NCBI RefSeq assembly: GCF_009914755.1
Contig: NC_060930.1
Strand: one strand, 5' to 3'
DNA length: 64,000 nucleotides
Source of the DNA: the human T2T-CHM13v2.0 reference genome, Homo sapiens
Of the stretch, positions 31,464-44,905 are shown piece after piece. Numbering within the stretch: position 1 is the first letter of the stretch; every line of letters begins with the position of its first letter. The notes beneath the pieces are model-generated. The model was not told where the DNA came from and searched no databases. It saw nothing but the letters and a program-made list of their open reading frames with translations. The position numbers and the translations under genes are program-made.

Positions 31464-33075
31464 CCCCATCATGACAAACTTCACTTTTACTTGTATTCAG
31501 CTAGGCGTTCTTAAATAGGAGAGAAAAGGATGAAGTTACATTAACATCCTAGAAAATGAACATAACCCATAACCTGTCTTAATTAGGCCCAGTTTCACTA
31601 ACAGTAATTGTTACCAGTGTGCCATTTATAGTTATTCAATACACATAAAATGATTATACAAATACTATGTAACAAAATAAGTTTGCAGATCCAGAAAATG
31701 CCTCTATAGTTTTGTCAAAATCTGAGTGGTCTTGAATGTTAATAATATCCATCTTGCTGAACAGAAAGAATAGACTTTTTGTGCCAAAAGCGTTTGGAGA
31801 AGGGGGAAATGAATAAGAGTTGGGGTAGGAAGACATCCTTGGTCCTTTGGCTATGGTTGAAGAAAGAGTGACATTTGGCAATTGACAAGGTTCAGTGTAT
31901 AGCAAATAAGGGAAATAACACACACAGATAGATACCACATGTTGGGATACAGGCCCAGTTTCTTTTATGGACCAATTTAACTAGAACAGAGGAGAGATCT
32001 TAAGAAGGAGTAAATGAAAAAGTGATGCCAACTTGCTGACAAAGCTACAATGTAAAATCCTTTAGCATTGGTTTTAAATCTACATGGCAGCTTTCAGTAA
32101 TTGCTGACGATTTTCCTATTGTATTTACATGCATTAATTAGGAATCCAAATAAATCTCTTTTTCATGGATTCTTCTCTCACTCTGTTTCTGAGACAAGCA
32201 ACAGAACACCTTTTATTAAAAGGAATTTAACTTTATTTTTCTCAAACAGCTCCTCAGAAGTTAAATATATATATCTTAGTTATGCTTCTTCTTTCACAAA
32301 TAAATTCAATATTTCTGTAAGACAAAGAGATTCATGGTACAAATTAAATTCTCAGTTGTCTCAGTATTTCTTATTAATCCTAATAGCTTGAGTAAAAGCC
32401 ATTGACAACTGTACGTGTCAGCTGATAGGCAGTTTCAAAACTGCAGGAATGTAGCCCCAGTTTAGGTGAAGTCAACCTACCTGTGTCTTCCACCACCATT
32501 TCAGAATCCTATTCCCATGCTTTAGTATTTACATATTCATTAATTCACCCATTAATTAATATGTTCTAAGCACTCTTCCAGTCTCTAATGTCTATGGCTA
32601 GGGAGTCTCCAGGCGCACTTTCAAGCACTTAAGTCTCCGAAACAATGACTTGTCCGACTCTGGAAACAGATAGCACTTCCCAAGGTCATTGAGGTAGCCT
32701 GATAAATAGCTCTCCTCTTACTGTGCAAATTTTAAATCAAATAAGATTGTCGGTTGCAAAATATCACTCAGATAAAACTGGGTTGATGGATGTAGTTTAT
32801 GTCTGTGGACAAGTGACTTTCCCACAAACTGAATCCCAGAAATCAACAGACATAACCTGTGTTGAACCAAAGATAGCTTCCTGTTCCTGACCCTGAAATT
32901 GGCAGAGCATCTCTGTAGGGGAAAAGAATGGAATGTGCTCCTTTCTCCTAATGATAAGGAAGCAAAAGGGTTAGAGCTACATATGCCCAGTTTCTCTCTT
33001 CAGATTCCCAAACAGGATAGGAATGTCAACAGAGGTCAGAAGTCTTATTGCAAGAGAATCGCTTGCACACAGAGC

Positions 33076-33432
33076 AGGAATGGGCAAATTATGGTCCACT
33101 TTAGGCCATAAAATGGGTCACTTTATGAAAAATTTGGCCCACTCCATGTTTTTGCACAGCCCACAAAATTAGAATGGTTTTTACATTTTTTAATGGTTGA
33201 AAACAATCAAAAGAAGAAGATTTCATGACACATGAACATTATATGAAATTCAAATTCCAGTGCCCATAAATAAAATTTTATGAGAACACAGCCATACTCA
33301 TTTGTTTACATATTGTTTATGGCTACTTTCTCACTACAATGACTGAGATGAGTAGTTATCACAAAGACCCTATGGCTCACAAAGCCTAAAATATTTGCTA
33401 TTTGACCCTTTACAGAAAAAGTTTGCTGAAAC
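33076..33432. mobile_element. MER58B-like hAT MITE
   Basis: gaaattcaaattccagtgcccataaataaa..cacagccatactcattt..gcctaaaatatttgctatttgaccctttacagaaaaagtttgc. Confidence 0.85.
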
Positions 33433-33704
33433 CTACATAAAAGAAACACCTGGGTTGAGGAAGAAGCATTCTCCCTGGGATTATTCTGGAGACAGAATCT
33501 CCCTTTATCGTTTTGTCTTTGTTGTAGGACCACCATTCTCTCAGCTCCCTACCCCTCGCCCTCACTCAAAACCAGGCAGGAACTTTATGACTTTCTTTAA
33601 CCCCTTATTTAATTAATTATAATTTGTTTTCTGTTTATTTGTTCCTTAAAAAGTCTTCAAATCACACCAGGATCCCAATAACAATTTTCCAATTAGTTAA
33701 TTTT

Positions 33705-33830
33705 CTTCTTCTTTTTCTTTTTTTGAGACTGGGTCTCACTCTAGCCCAGGCTGGGGTGCAGAGGCGCGATCAAGGCTCACTGCAGCCTTGAACTCCTGGG
33801 CTCAAGGGATCCTGCCATCTCAGCCTCCCG
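33705..33830 (-). mobile_element. AluJ/FRAM right-arm fragment
   Basis: tttgagactgggtctcactct..ggctcactgcagccttgaactcctgggctcaagggatcct. Confidence 0.85.
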
Positions 33831-34125
33831 CTATTAGACGTCTTAATTCTCATATCTCTATAGTCTTTTAGAATTGAAAATAACTTTTGAGAGTTTCTGT
33901 TCAATCCCATCATTAGCAAAATGAGGAAACCTGTAACTTTGTGAGGCAAATGACTTTCTCCAGTTTGTAAATCCCATTTTTGATCAACTAGAACTAGACT
34001 CTCTCCCAAAAAATAGCTCAGTGATTCTTTGGTCATACTCATAGCATACTCTCTCCATATTGTATGCATTATGAAATTTTCAAAGATTCCTATTGATCAA
34101 GTCAAGTTTATAATTTAGGCTGTGA

Positions 34126-34358
34126 ATCAGAGAACTAACTATAGACTCTGGGACAAATTTTGCTCGCTATCTGCTTGTGCAAATAAAGTTTCATTGAAAC
34201 TCAACCACAATCATTTACTTACTTATTATCTATGGCTGCTTTTGCACTGCAATGATAGAGTTGAGTAGTTGCACGAGAGACTGTATGGCTCACAAAGTCT
34301 AAAACATTGACTAGCCTGTTCTTTCCAGAAAAAGTTTGCTTTTCTGATCAAGAGCCCT
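34126..34358. mobile_element. MER58A-like MITE
   Basis: aaataaagtttcattgaaac..tatggctgcttttgcactgcaa..gttgagtagttgc..agaaaaagtttgc. Confidence 0.75.
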
Positions 34359-34403
34359 GACCTAGACCACTCAAAGTATTCTATCTCATTCCTTATCACT
34401 TTC

Positions 34404-34892
34404 TGTGGCACTGATGGCTTGTTGTTTTGTATATCTACTCTTACTTTCTATAGCAATAAAACCTCTGATTATTTTAACCAAGCACATGGCAGACTGAACT
34501 GAAGACTACATTTCTCAGCTCCCTTTGTATCTTGGTGTGGTCAGTGGGATAAATGGGATGTCAGTGGACTTGTACCTGCAACTTCCAGGAAATGTCCTTA
34601 CAGGAACACTTTAAGGAAAGTATACTCTTCTCCTTGGTATCCTTCTTTCTAGCTAGAATGATGACAACATAACTGAAAAGTCATCTCACATATGGATGAT
34701 CTTGGACCTAGAATTAATACATGGTAGAGCAACAAGATGAAAAGATCCTGGATCCTTCACATCAGAGTGTTTCTACCATCCTCAAACCACATACATCTGG
34801 ATTTTTACATGAGCGAGAAATACAATTCTGTGTTAAACAAACCTCTGCCAGTTAGGATTTTTCTGTCATTTGTACTTAATCCTAAGTGATAC
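34404..34892 (+). mobile_element. MLT1J-like MaLR LTR
   Basis: gactacatttctcagctccctttgta..ggtagagcaacaagatgaaaagatcctgg..atcctaagtgatac. Confidence 0.6.
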
Positions 34893-35564
34893 GCTTCATA
34901 ATAGAAATTTATTCTTCCAGACAAGCCAATATCTTTACAGTTTGCTGAACTGGCAATGCTTATTCCCACACCTCTATTCGTTTGCTCAGGCTGCTAGCTC
35001 ATGCTGGACTGCCCCCACTTTCCTCCTTTCTTTGGCTACATTTTACTAATTCTTCAAAGCAGTTGAAGTCCTACCTCCACTCTGAAGCACTTTACTTGTT
35101 TTTTCCCATTTAGAGCTAAGCACAATATGTTTGGACAACTGAGACTGCACACTGAATTACATTATTTGAGTTATGTGTTTTGCTTTTTTTTGCCGAATGA
35201 CAATGTATACTTTTACAGGATTGGGATCATTTGTTTTATTTTTGTTTCTGGTGCCCCAATACTGTAGTTAACCACAAAATATTTGTTAAATTTATTTTAA
35301 TAAATTTGGGCAAAAGTAAGCCAAACCTAGCCATGAGTTCACAGGTTCTCATACTTTAAACTCAGATATGTTTTCAACATCTGAGTCATGATGTGTAAAT
35401 CAACCAAAGGGAGATTTGTCCCAGATGAGGCCATTCAAAACAGCATATGATGGACATTTAGGCAAAAAAAAAAAAAAAAAATTATGTGCTGCCTAGTAAA
35501 GCCACCATGAGATAATTCATACTACTGTCACGTATGGTAAATTAGACAAATATGCCACATATTC

Positions 35565-36082
35565 TGTTGTAGTCCATTCCTGCTGCTAAAACAAAACACC
35601 ATATACTGGGTAATTTGTAAATAATAGAAATTTATTTCTCACAATTCTGGAAGATGGGAAGTCCAAGATCAAGGTGCCAGTAGATTTGGTGTCTGGTGAA
35701 GGCTACTTTTTTTCTTTTTTTTTTTTTTAACTTTTTAAAAAATTTTTCCATAAGTTATTGGGGTGCAGGTGGTATTTGGTTACATGAATAAGTTCTTTAG
35801 TGGTGATTTTGGCACACCCATCACCAGAGCAGTATACACTGCACCATACTTATAGTTGTTTATCTCTCGCCCCCCTCCCACTCTTCCACCCAAGTCCCCA
35901 GAGTCCATTATATCATTCTTAAGCCTTTGCATCCTCATAGCTTAGCTCTCATGTATCAGCGAGAACATACGATGTTTGGTTTTCTATTCCTCAGTTACAT
36001 CACTTAGAATAATAGTCTCCAATCTCATCCAGGTCACTGCAAATGCTGCTAATTCATTCCTTTTTATGGCTGCATAGTATTC

Positions 36083-36132
<50 letters not shown>

Positions 36133-36760
36133 CAGTTTATCCACTCGTTGATTGATGGGCATTTGGGTTGGTTCCACAATTTTGCAATTGTGAATTGTGC
36201 TGCTATAAACATGCATGTGCAAGTATCTTTTTCAAATAATGACTCCTTTCCCTCTGGGTAGACACCCAGTAGTGGGATTGCTGGATCAAATGGTAATTCT
36301 ACTTTTAGTTCTTTAAGGAAACTCCACACTGTTTTCCATAGTGGCTGCATTAGTTTACATTTCCAACAGCAGTGTGGAAGTGTTCCCTGTTCACCACATA
36401 CACGCCAACATCTACTCTTCTTTGATTCTTTTATTATGGCCATTCTTGCAGGAGGAAGGTCGTATCGTATTGTGGTTTTGATTTGCATTTCCCTGAAGGT
36501 GAAGGCTACTTTCTTTTTCCACAATGGCCACATTCTCTGGAGGACAAAGGCTGTGTCCTCACAAAGCAGAAGGAATGGAACGGCAAAAGGTAGGAGGGCA
36601 CTTCCTTCCATCTCTTTCATAAGAGTACTGATTCACTTATGAAGGCAGAGCCCTCATGACTTAATCACTTTCCAAAATACCCACCTCTTAATACTATCAC
36701 ATTGGGTATTAGGTTGCAAGGTATGGAATTTGGAAGGACACATACATTCAAACCATAGCA
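35565..36760 (-). mobile_element. MST/MLT1A-type MaLR LTR, split by an L1PB insertion
   Basis: aaatttatttctcacaattctggaagatgggaagtccaagatcaaggtgccag ... cattcaaaccatagca. Confidence 0.85.
35710..36497 (-). mobile_element. 5'-truncated L1PB1-like element with a 15-bp TSD and internal (TA)n
   Basis: TSD ggtgaaggctacttt at 35695-35709 and 36498-36512. Minus-strand ORF gives the ORF2 C-terminus ([18 protein letters not shown]). Confidence 0.9.
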
Positions 36761-38084
36761 CTTTCATTGCAGTAAGTGGGTATAATTCCACATTTAGTTT
36801 TCTCCTTTATTATTTATGAGATCCTTTGTAGCCCTGGAAGCCAGCCAGCCATACCTTTTGCCTAACTGTAATAATAGAATATTAGATAAATTTAAACTAA
36901 GGTCAAAAAGCTAGTAAGATACTGTTTATACTTGTCCCAGTTCATGAAGCAAACAGAAATATAGTGGCTTGTCAAGAGTTTGAATGTCAGTGCTCAAACA
37001 TTTCCTAAATCTACATCCAAGCAGTTTGCCCCTGTGGAATGGTACATCTTGTTTATCTACAAGGCATAGGATCATTTGTATAAGCCCAGCCTGCAGTTCT
37101 TAAATGGTGATGTGTACTCTGTCTATTCACATTAGCTTATGGCAGAGTTCTTAGAACATTCTTACAAATGAATTGATTACAGTGTCAGCCAAAGCCTATC
37201 TACAGCCAAGTGCCAGGAGCTGCTGAAGAGAAAATTGAGTTAGAGCCATATGGGCACTGATGTTTTTGAGAGCATGAAGGTTGCTTGCCCCCAGTTCCTT
37301 GCACTTACAATTTGAGGTAGCTCTATGACCAACCTCCCTTGGGGAGGCAGACAGTTGCCTATCTGCAGAGGAAAGCGAGATCATGGAAGAAGAGAAACTT
37401 GTCAGATGGCATGGGAACAGAGGGTGGCTCTTGAGTTTTTTGCTTGTTTTAGCCATATTTTTCCTGTGCATATCCTCAAAAGCTTGTTCTTCCAGTTTTA
37501 CTGAACATTTTGTTCATCTCCTTGATCTCTTGTCAGTTATTGTTTCTTTTTTGAAGTCTTTTTCAGAGTTTTTCTTTCCCTTAAAGAGAATATGTCGTTA
37601 AGTTATGTATGTTCGCATTGTTTTCACCATTGTTGGTTTGGGAAAGAAATCTTACCCCTTCACCTTGCTTCATGCCTTCAACCCAGCCCTGCCTGCATTA
37701 GGAAAGCCATATCCCACAGAAATCTCTTACATTTCCCTCAAATGAAAAGTAAATACGGAAATAAAAAGTAGGTGTCTTAGCTCACCTCTAAATGTCTGCC
37801 CTATCCACTCTTATATTCTAACCCCGTCCATTCTACCCCATTTCTCCTCCCCATCTTCTTCAGGCCTTTCTCCAATCAATTAAATTTCTCTTACTTATAG
37901 TAAACTATAGTAAACACTGTTTCTTCCTTCACAAATCCTCCTTAACTGATTATGTCGGGGAAATATAATTAACAACAAAATCTTCTCCCAACCCAGAAAT
38001 CCTTCACAAAGGTAGTAGAGAACAAGAAAATAATATTATTTTTTGACAAAGCATTAAACCAGAATGTCGTGTGTGTGTGTGTAA

Positions 38085-38385
38085 TTTTTTTTTTTTTTTT
38101 TTTTTTTTTTTCTGGAGATGGTGTCTCGCAGTGTCGCCAGACAGGAGTGCTGTGGCGCGATCTCAGCTCACTGAAACTCCCTGGTTCAAGAGATTCTCCT
38201 GCCTCGGCCTCCTGAGTAGCTGGGATTACAGGCACGCGACACCACACCCGGCTAATTTTTGTATTTTAGTAGAGACGGAGTTTCGCTATGTTGGCCAGGA
38301 TGGTCTCAATCTCCTGACCTCGTGATCCACTCACCTCAGCCTCCCAAAGCGCTGGGATTATAGGCGTGAGTCACCGCACCTGGCC
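38085..38385 (-). mobile_element. AluS (AluSc-like)
   Basis: Poly(T) followed by a full antisense Alu with a small internal deletion. Confidence 0.92.
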
Positions 38386-38424
38386 CAGAAGGTGATGTAT
38401 ATTATAGGCAATGTGCTAAGAGAT

Positions 38425-38975
38425 TGTAAAGACAGAAAAAAATCTCCCTTTTTTTATTCAAGTAGATACAACCCATTACATGTATGTTTCAAAATAAACA
38501 ATACCCAGTCTTTAAGTAAGAGGACTTGACGGCACAATTTGTCCCACATAGCTCATCCTAACTTTAATGGGTAATTGGGGTGACCATTTGTTTTAGTTAA
38601 TTGGCTTTATTCAGAGGAAAAATAAACTTCTCATATCTATATGACGAGGCAGTTTTGCAACTTGGATCAAGGCACCCACTAAGGTGCCACCTCTCAAAGA
38701 ATCTGGGAGACAGAGGTGCTCTCTTCCTTAATGCTTACATTTCAGAGAGATGGCGCCAAGGTCCTTGAGAAAGACATTGCTGGATCATAAAGCTGAGAAA
38801 AGCCCTATTTAGTTTTCAAAAGGACTTACGTATGTTTTAAAGAGAGCAGAAATAACATAAAATTTCAAGTTTCCTAAAGTAAACGTTCTTAAAAAAAGGA
38901 CGGGGTAGAAGTTTCTTCCTCTAATTTCTATAGGGAGAATTACATTCTTATTTTTCATTTGTGTTTGTTCTTACA
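38425..38975 (-). mobile_element. ERV1-type solo LTR (MER67-like)
   Basis: TG...CA bounded, ~550 bp, with acatttcagagagatgg..ggtccttgagaaagacatt. Confidence 0.5.
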
Positions 38976-40469
38976 ATGATACATTAACTTTAGCATCCTT
39001 GTTCTACCTAGTATAATGATGTGTCATGGGGCAGGAGGAAAGAAAGGTCTGGAGGCCAGTAATGAAAAAGCGCTAAACAGAGGGAAGTGGGGAGAAATCA
39101 GGAAAAGCACAGGCATAGACTTTGCTCTCAAGTAGGAGATAAATATAGTTCTTGGATACAATTGAGAAACACTTACTGATTGTAACTAAGGGGTGATATT
39201 CTTGGTGAGGCTTCTTAGGCCCCATCTCAGACATCTCATTCAGTAACTTCTAAGAACTTAAGTTTCATTTCCAGAAGATATAATTAAAGAAAAAACTTTC
39301 CCAAATGATTTTGCTGTGCAGCCAGGTTTAGGATACACTGACAGGATGTGACGATGTGAGCATCTGTCTAATTTTCCCTTGAGTTAGTCCTAGAGAATCT
39401 GGCCTAAGATCTTAATGAAAAGAAAATAGAAATAAATAAAATAGGTAATACCAATAGTTTGTAAACAAATAAAGAAATAAGCAAAGGCTATTCCTTTTGA
39501 ATTTTTTAAAAGGGAATTAAAAAATCTCCTACCATAGAAAAAAGAACAGCTGCTGCAGACGATTCCTACCTCCCTCCCACCTATGACATGGGGTTTGAGA
39601 GTTGGGTGTCAGAAAAGGTTCCAGGGCTTCAGAGGAGATGAAGATGGTAACTACAGGAGTCTCATAAGGAGAGGATACTTCCAGGAGATGGGAGTGGGAA
39701 GGGGACATCTGGAGATCTCTAGAGACTCAGATCAGCCTGCCATTACACTTAACTTCAACCTCCTGACTATCTTCTTTCAGACTCAGGTTTATAGATGAAA
39801 AGCCAAAGGTGAGTGCACCACTTCTGCTGACAGGTGACTGACAGAAATAATTAAGCACAGAGCTTGGCTGAGGGCTGGGTTTTCTGAATAGCATTAGGAC
39901 CCTTGGGGCTGAGAAAATATGAATTTCTTAGAATCTGCACATATACTGGAAAGCCTACAAAAGATGTTTTCGAGATTTCCTGGTAGGTGGGCAGCACTGT
40001 TTGGCAGCAGGGTTCTGTCCAAAGAACAGCTGGTCTAAAAGTAGTGTCTTAAGCACAATGGTGGTAGATGGAGAGATTAAAGCCCAAGATAAAAGTGCAC
40101 TGGAATATTTTTATAAAGCAATATCATTTAATAAATAGCAAAGGGGAACAATAAAAGGGATGTGATGTCTAATAAATAAAAGGATTTAAGATGCAAGATG
40201 GACTGCGATCAGACATAAAATTAAACATAAGCTTTTGGGAGAATACCACAGATGATATGAATCTTTTAGATCCCTACCTACAGAAGAGAAATATATGCAT
40301 CCGAAACCACAAAATTTGAGCAAATACCAGCTCACATCACTGTGGTAATGAAAATAAAACAAAAGAAATGAGAATGACTCCTATTCTCAAATGAAATTCA
40401 GCCTCATATGATAACTATTAGGGAATTCAGTTTCTCAGTGACATCACACTGAGTAGATGCCATAACAAA

Positions 40470-40700
40470 TACCGTCATTTGTTGGTTACCTACTGCATGC
40501 CAGGCAGGAGGCTAAGTATCCCACACATATTGTCTCAGAAATGCTCAAATTCAAAGAATTAGTTATTATTTACATTTTATGTATATGGAGCCTGAGTTTC
40601 TGAGAAATAAATTGCCCAGAGTATACAACTAGGAAATGGTGGAAGCAGAATTGAAACTGAGGACTGCTGAACACAGAGCCCTTTGCATTTTCATACTGGT
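40470..40700 (-). mobile_element. MIR
   Basis: cctactgcatgccaggca..gctaag..ttgcccagagtatacaactaggaaatggtggaagcagaattgaaact. Confidence 0.7.
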
Positions 40701-41469
40701 TTCTACTATAGAGTCTGTGGATTATGTTTCTCATATGATTCTACTCTATAATTAGATTCCAAATAGTCATGAGACAGAGGAGCACACTGACCAGTCCTTT
40801 TGTCATTTAACATGCAATTCCTGAATGACTCTAATCATTATCTACCAAAAGGTAATCTCTCATTCTAACCTCGAATTTTCTACTGAATCAACAGTCTTCA
40901 AGTTTTTTCTATAATGTTCTTCTACTAGTACAAAAATCTTCATCACATAGTCCTAATATGTGTATATTTATTTATGTATAATTTTACGTGACTATATTGC
41001 ATACATTATAACATTAATTCAAAATAGAATAATATGAACTGAATACTATTTTTAATATAATATTGAATACAATATGGTTGAATATTCTGTCTTTTTGAAA
41101 TTTTGATTTAATGTCTTGTTATAGAATAGGTTCTAGGTCAGATTCTAAGTTCAATTTATTTTGATAGCTATATGAAGTATCTTTCATTTGGTTATGGCCA
41201 TCATTAAAAGAAAATGTTCATCTAGTAAATACCCATTTTCTCTGATGCCAAACAGTTGTCATTGAAAACATATTAGACCATGTTGCTTGATTATATTTTT
41301 AACAAGTGGGTTGAAGTAACCACTAAAGTATGAAATATTTTTAACCAGTTTAGAAAATTCTGTTTTCAAGATTCTTAAATGTATGTGTGTGTGTGTGACT
41401 CTTTAACAATGGCACACTAAATACATTCATTATTGAAACAATGAAAAGATTTCCAAATGTCCATTTTCT

Positions 41470-41612
41470 TTATTTTTACATTTATTTTAGGTTTGGGGGT
41501 ACATGCGCAGGTTTGTTATTTAAAATATAGGTAAACTTGTGTCATGGGGGTTTGTTGTACAGATTATTTCATCACCCAGGTACTAAGCATAGTACCTAAT
41601 GTTTATTTTTCC
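41470..41612 (-). mobile_element. L1PA (13-16-like) 3'UTR fragment
   Basis: gggggtacatgcgcaggtttgtta..gtacagattatttcatcacccaggtactaagcatagtacc. Confidence 0.85.
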
Positions 41613-42367
41613 ATTATAGCCTTTGCATTGTTATTTTGTCATTAGCCATTAATACAAAACTTACAGGTGGATAATTGTGAATGCATTTGGCAAACCTTGT
41701 CAGATCTGAGTAGATAATCATCGTTTTAACCATGTAATGTGGCTGAAAAAGCTCCTAATAGGAGAAGTGTCAGCTCTAACACTTTCTTATGGTGCATGTG
41801 TGCTCATAAATATTTTGAACTATAATCCCCATATTAATATTTTAGGCCTCTTATCCATTTCCCAGGCTACCTCATTTAGTTAAAACTCAATAATGAATCC
41901 TGTAAATTCATTTATCCAGTAATGTCATTGTGTAGCAGAGCCCTGATTAGACATATAAGGGTACCACTGTCAGCCCATACTTGGTGCAAAATTAAACTCT
42001 TGGTGCAGGAAACCTCCTTTTCTGTACATAATACATTCTGGTACAAGACAGGAACCACATGAGTCAGCCAGAGCCACTCATCCACAGGTGATGAAAGGTA
42101 AAGCTTGTTTTCTAAAAAATAAAATGAAATACAAATAGTAGTTCTAATATTTTCTTCTCTCAGGATAAAGAGGGCCCACACCTCTCTTGGGAGACCAAGA
42201 AATAGCGCACAACTTCAATCAGATGCACTACCAACACCCCCAAAACAACTTATGCAAAACAGAATGCCTCTCTTTATTTCCTGTTAAAACCCAATATTCA
42301 TCTTTTCCTGTGTCCCTATCTTTTAATGTTAAAAGAAAAATGCCAAGAATCAAGAAAACTTTGTTGA

Positions 42368-42590
42368 CACTGGGCTAATACTTGTAATCCCAGCACTTTG
42401 GGAGGCTGAGGCAAGAAGGTCATTTGAGGCCAGGAGTTCGAGACCAGCCTGGGCAACATAATGAGACCTCATCTCTACAAAAAAAATTTTAAATGAGGTA
42501 ATGTGCACCTGTAGCCCCAGCTACTCAGGAGGCTGTTGTGGGAGAATCACTTGAGCCCAGGAGGTGGAAGTTGCAATGAGCCAATATTCA
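42368..42590 (+). mobile_element. AluJ, degenerate and 3'-truncated
   Basis: tgtaatcccagcactttgggaggctgagg..gcctgggcaacataatgagacc..cacttgagcccaggagg. Confidence 0.85.
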
Positions 42591-42619
42591 GTCAAAACAA
42601 ATTCTGAATATAAGTGTAT

Positions 42620-43020
42620 ACAGTGTTTGAGTTGGCTGAAAACCCAACTACATGGCCTAAGCAAGACAAAAGTTTATTTCTCTCACTTAAAACAGGTACA
42701 GAGGAGATATGGCAACGTCAGAGACAAGAGTGACCCAGCTCCACCAGTAGAATATGGCTTTCTTCCTCAGGGGTCACCTCATAGTCCATTCTATCTGCAT
42801 TCGTAGCAGGAAAAGGATGGTAGAGGGTAGGTGAAGGATACATCTCCTTCCTAGTTGACTCAGCCCCCTTGAGGAGCTTTCCCGGAAGCCCCACCCAACA
42901 TATCACGGCCACCACCATCTGCAATCTGAGAACTGGAGTCTTTAGTTGAAGTAAATTCCAGGTTTTCTTCTGTGGAAGTAGGAAAGAATGGCATTTGAGT
43001 AGGCAATTAGCAGGTAGTGT
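42620..43020 (-). mobile_element. Old MLT1-type LTR fragment
   Basis: aagtttatttctctcactta; atctgcattc..gcaggaa; ttgagtaggcaattagca. Confidence 0.45.
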
Positions 43021-44759
43021 TGTATTATAATAATAAAACTACCCTTAAATTTTTTTCTTTAAAGTGTAATAGTGTCAGAACAATAACAACAACAAATCTG
43101 CATGAGACAAAAAGAATGAAAGAGAAAATAGGAGATGTAGATAAAAATTAAGAATCACAGAAATAAAATAGTATGCTGACTCTCATAAGAGGAGGAAAAG
43201 AGGGCTCCACAATAGAGTCAATTATAAGCAGAGCAAGGTTTCAAATAGACCCCATTCCACTTTCCAAAAATACATTTAAATAATATTGAGTTGAAAAAGA
43301 CAGAATTATAAGATGGACTATAAATCCAACATGTTATTCATTCTTTCTTATCTATTTCCAGGAATACCAGGAGTTAAAGTGAAACTGGTAAACAGAATAG
43401 ATATTGGCAATTGGAGTACGGTCCTTCTGTTTCTCCCCATGTAAAACAGGAAAGGCTAGAATTTCCTTAATGTGTGATGTATATCCAGAAGACATCTGTT
43501 CTCCTACTCCATGAAGTTAATATGTCTATACAATACTTGCTGCCAAATACATTTATTGTTTTGTGCATGGATGTGCTACATAAACATAAGTAATATTGAA
43601 ATGTATGTGCAATATAGATATAGATGTATGTTCTTTAGCCATAATGAGTCATTCTCTACAATAATCTCAAGGAGGGCTTATTCTCAAGGGTTTATTAGGA
43701 AATGATAAAGACAAAAGAATTTTCTGTTCATTTTGAATATAATAGCTACACTTTATATCAGGAATATGATTTTGGAAAAGTTGGAGCATAGGAAGTAACA
43801 GAAAGCCTTAGAATCAAGTCAACATAAAGAATTATCCCACTGTATACAGCTGGATAGCTGAAGAAATCAAGAAAATAGAGGAACTTCCCATGTAAATTGT
43901 AGATTAGCTCATTGCAAGACCTTAATATTTCTAATTGAACAGGATGATAAAAATATCTTAAGAGAATTAGATAACTGGGTCTAAAATTGAACCACAATGT
44001 TTATTCTAAAGAGAACAATTAGAAGATGCTCAAAATTAGAACGTGAAGGTCTTCTACTTCTGCAGAGCTAAAACTTAATATATTATCATGATATTCCCTC
44101 TCATACCATCCCAATGTTTTGGGTTTCTTCTTTTTTTATTTGAGAAGCACAAAATTGTGTACAAATTTGCAGAGAGCTTATTTATTTTGCAAAGGAAAGA
44201 TAGAAATTAAAATGTCTGAATAGCTGCCAATAACATTTTATGTTCAACAAAGGGTCTTCATGCTGCCCCCTAAAAGTGAGAGTCCCTTCCCATTCTGTTC
44301 TCAGAAGTCCCTTTCTACCACACATTCTTTTGATACTAAGTAATACAACGTTGTTAATCACAGGAATTTAATTCCCCCGCTTAATATCAGCAGTAAATTT
44401 GGCTAAGGAAAGGCAATACCGTTACTAAAGAACAGTTAGCAGATCATTTAAAGCCTGCTAAATTATGCCATAGAATCATTGAATTTATTACTGCTGTGCT
44501 TTCTACTGACTCATTTATCTGACGTACTGGAAAGCTCATTTCTGAATCCTTCTTACCTGGTCATTCGGAATCACGCAATCGAACAGCATTTATCAGAAGC
44601 CTTCAGGCACATTGTGTAATGTTGGGAATTTTACCAAGAGACTTCTTTTTAAATGTGATCCCTGACCTCTGGAAATTTTGTTTGCAAAAATAAGACCTTG
44701 CTAAAATTTTGAGACGAGAAAGAGTAATCTTAACAGATGTCTATTGCTGTATATTACTC

Positions 44760-44905
44760 CTTGTAACAAATTGTACTAAAAGTGTTGCAACAACCCAATG
44801 AAGTAGGCAAAATCATTACCTTCATTCTGCAAATGAAGAAACGCAGTCAGAGAGATAGGCAATGGGCCCAAGATTAGAAAACTAGTAATAAGTGACACCA
44901 GTTTC
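44760..44905 (-). mobile_element. MIR
   Basis: caacaacccaatgaagtagg..cattctgcaaatgaagaaac..gcccaagat. Confidence 0.65.

Noticed and set aside
36087-36620. 177-aa minus-strand ORF
   Set aside because: It is a chance fusion of MaLR LTR, L1PB ORF2 C-terminus and (TA)n.
37196-37601. Overlapping 72-91 aa ORFs or an exon-like purine-rich stretch
   Set aside because: No recognisable domain, and all frames after the candidate acceptor close quickly.
43340-43395. Collagen-like mini-exon (GIPGVK..) after a pyrimidine tract
   Set aside because: The Gly-X-Y register breaks after two triplets, the donor is weak and there are no companion exons.
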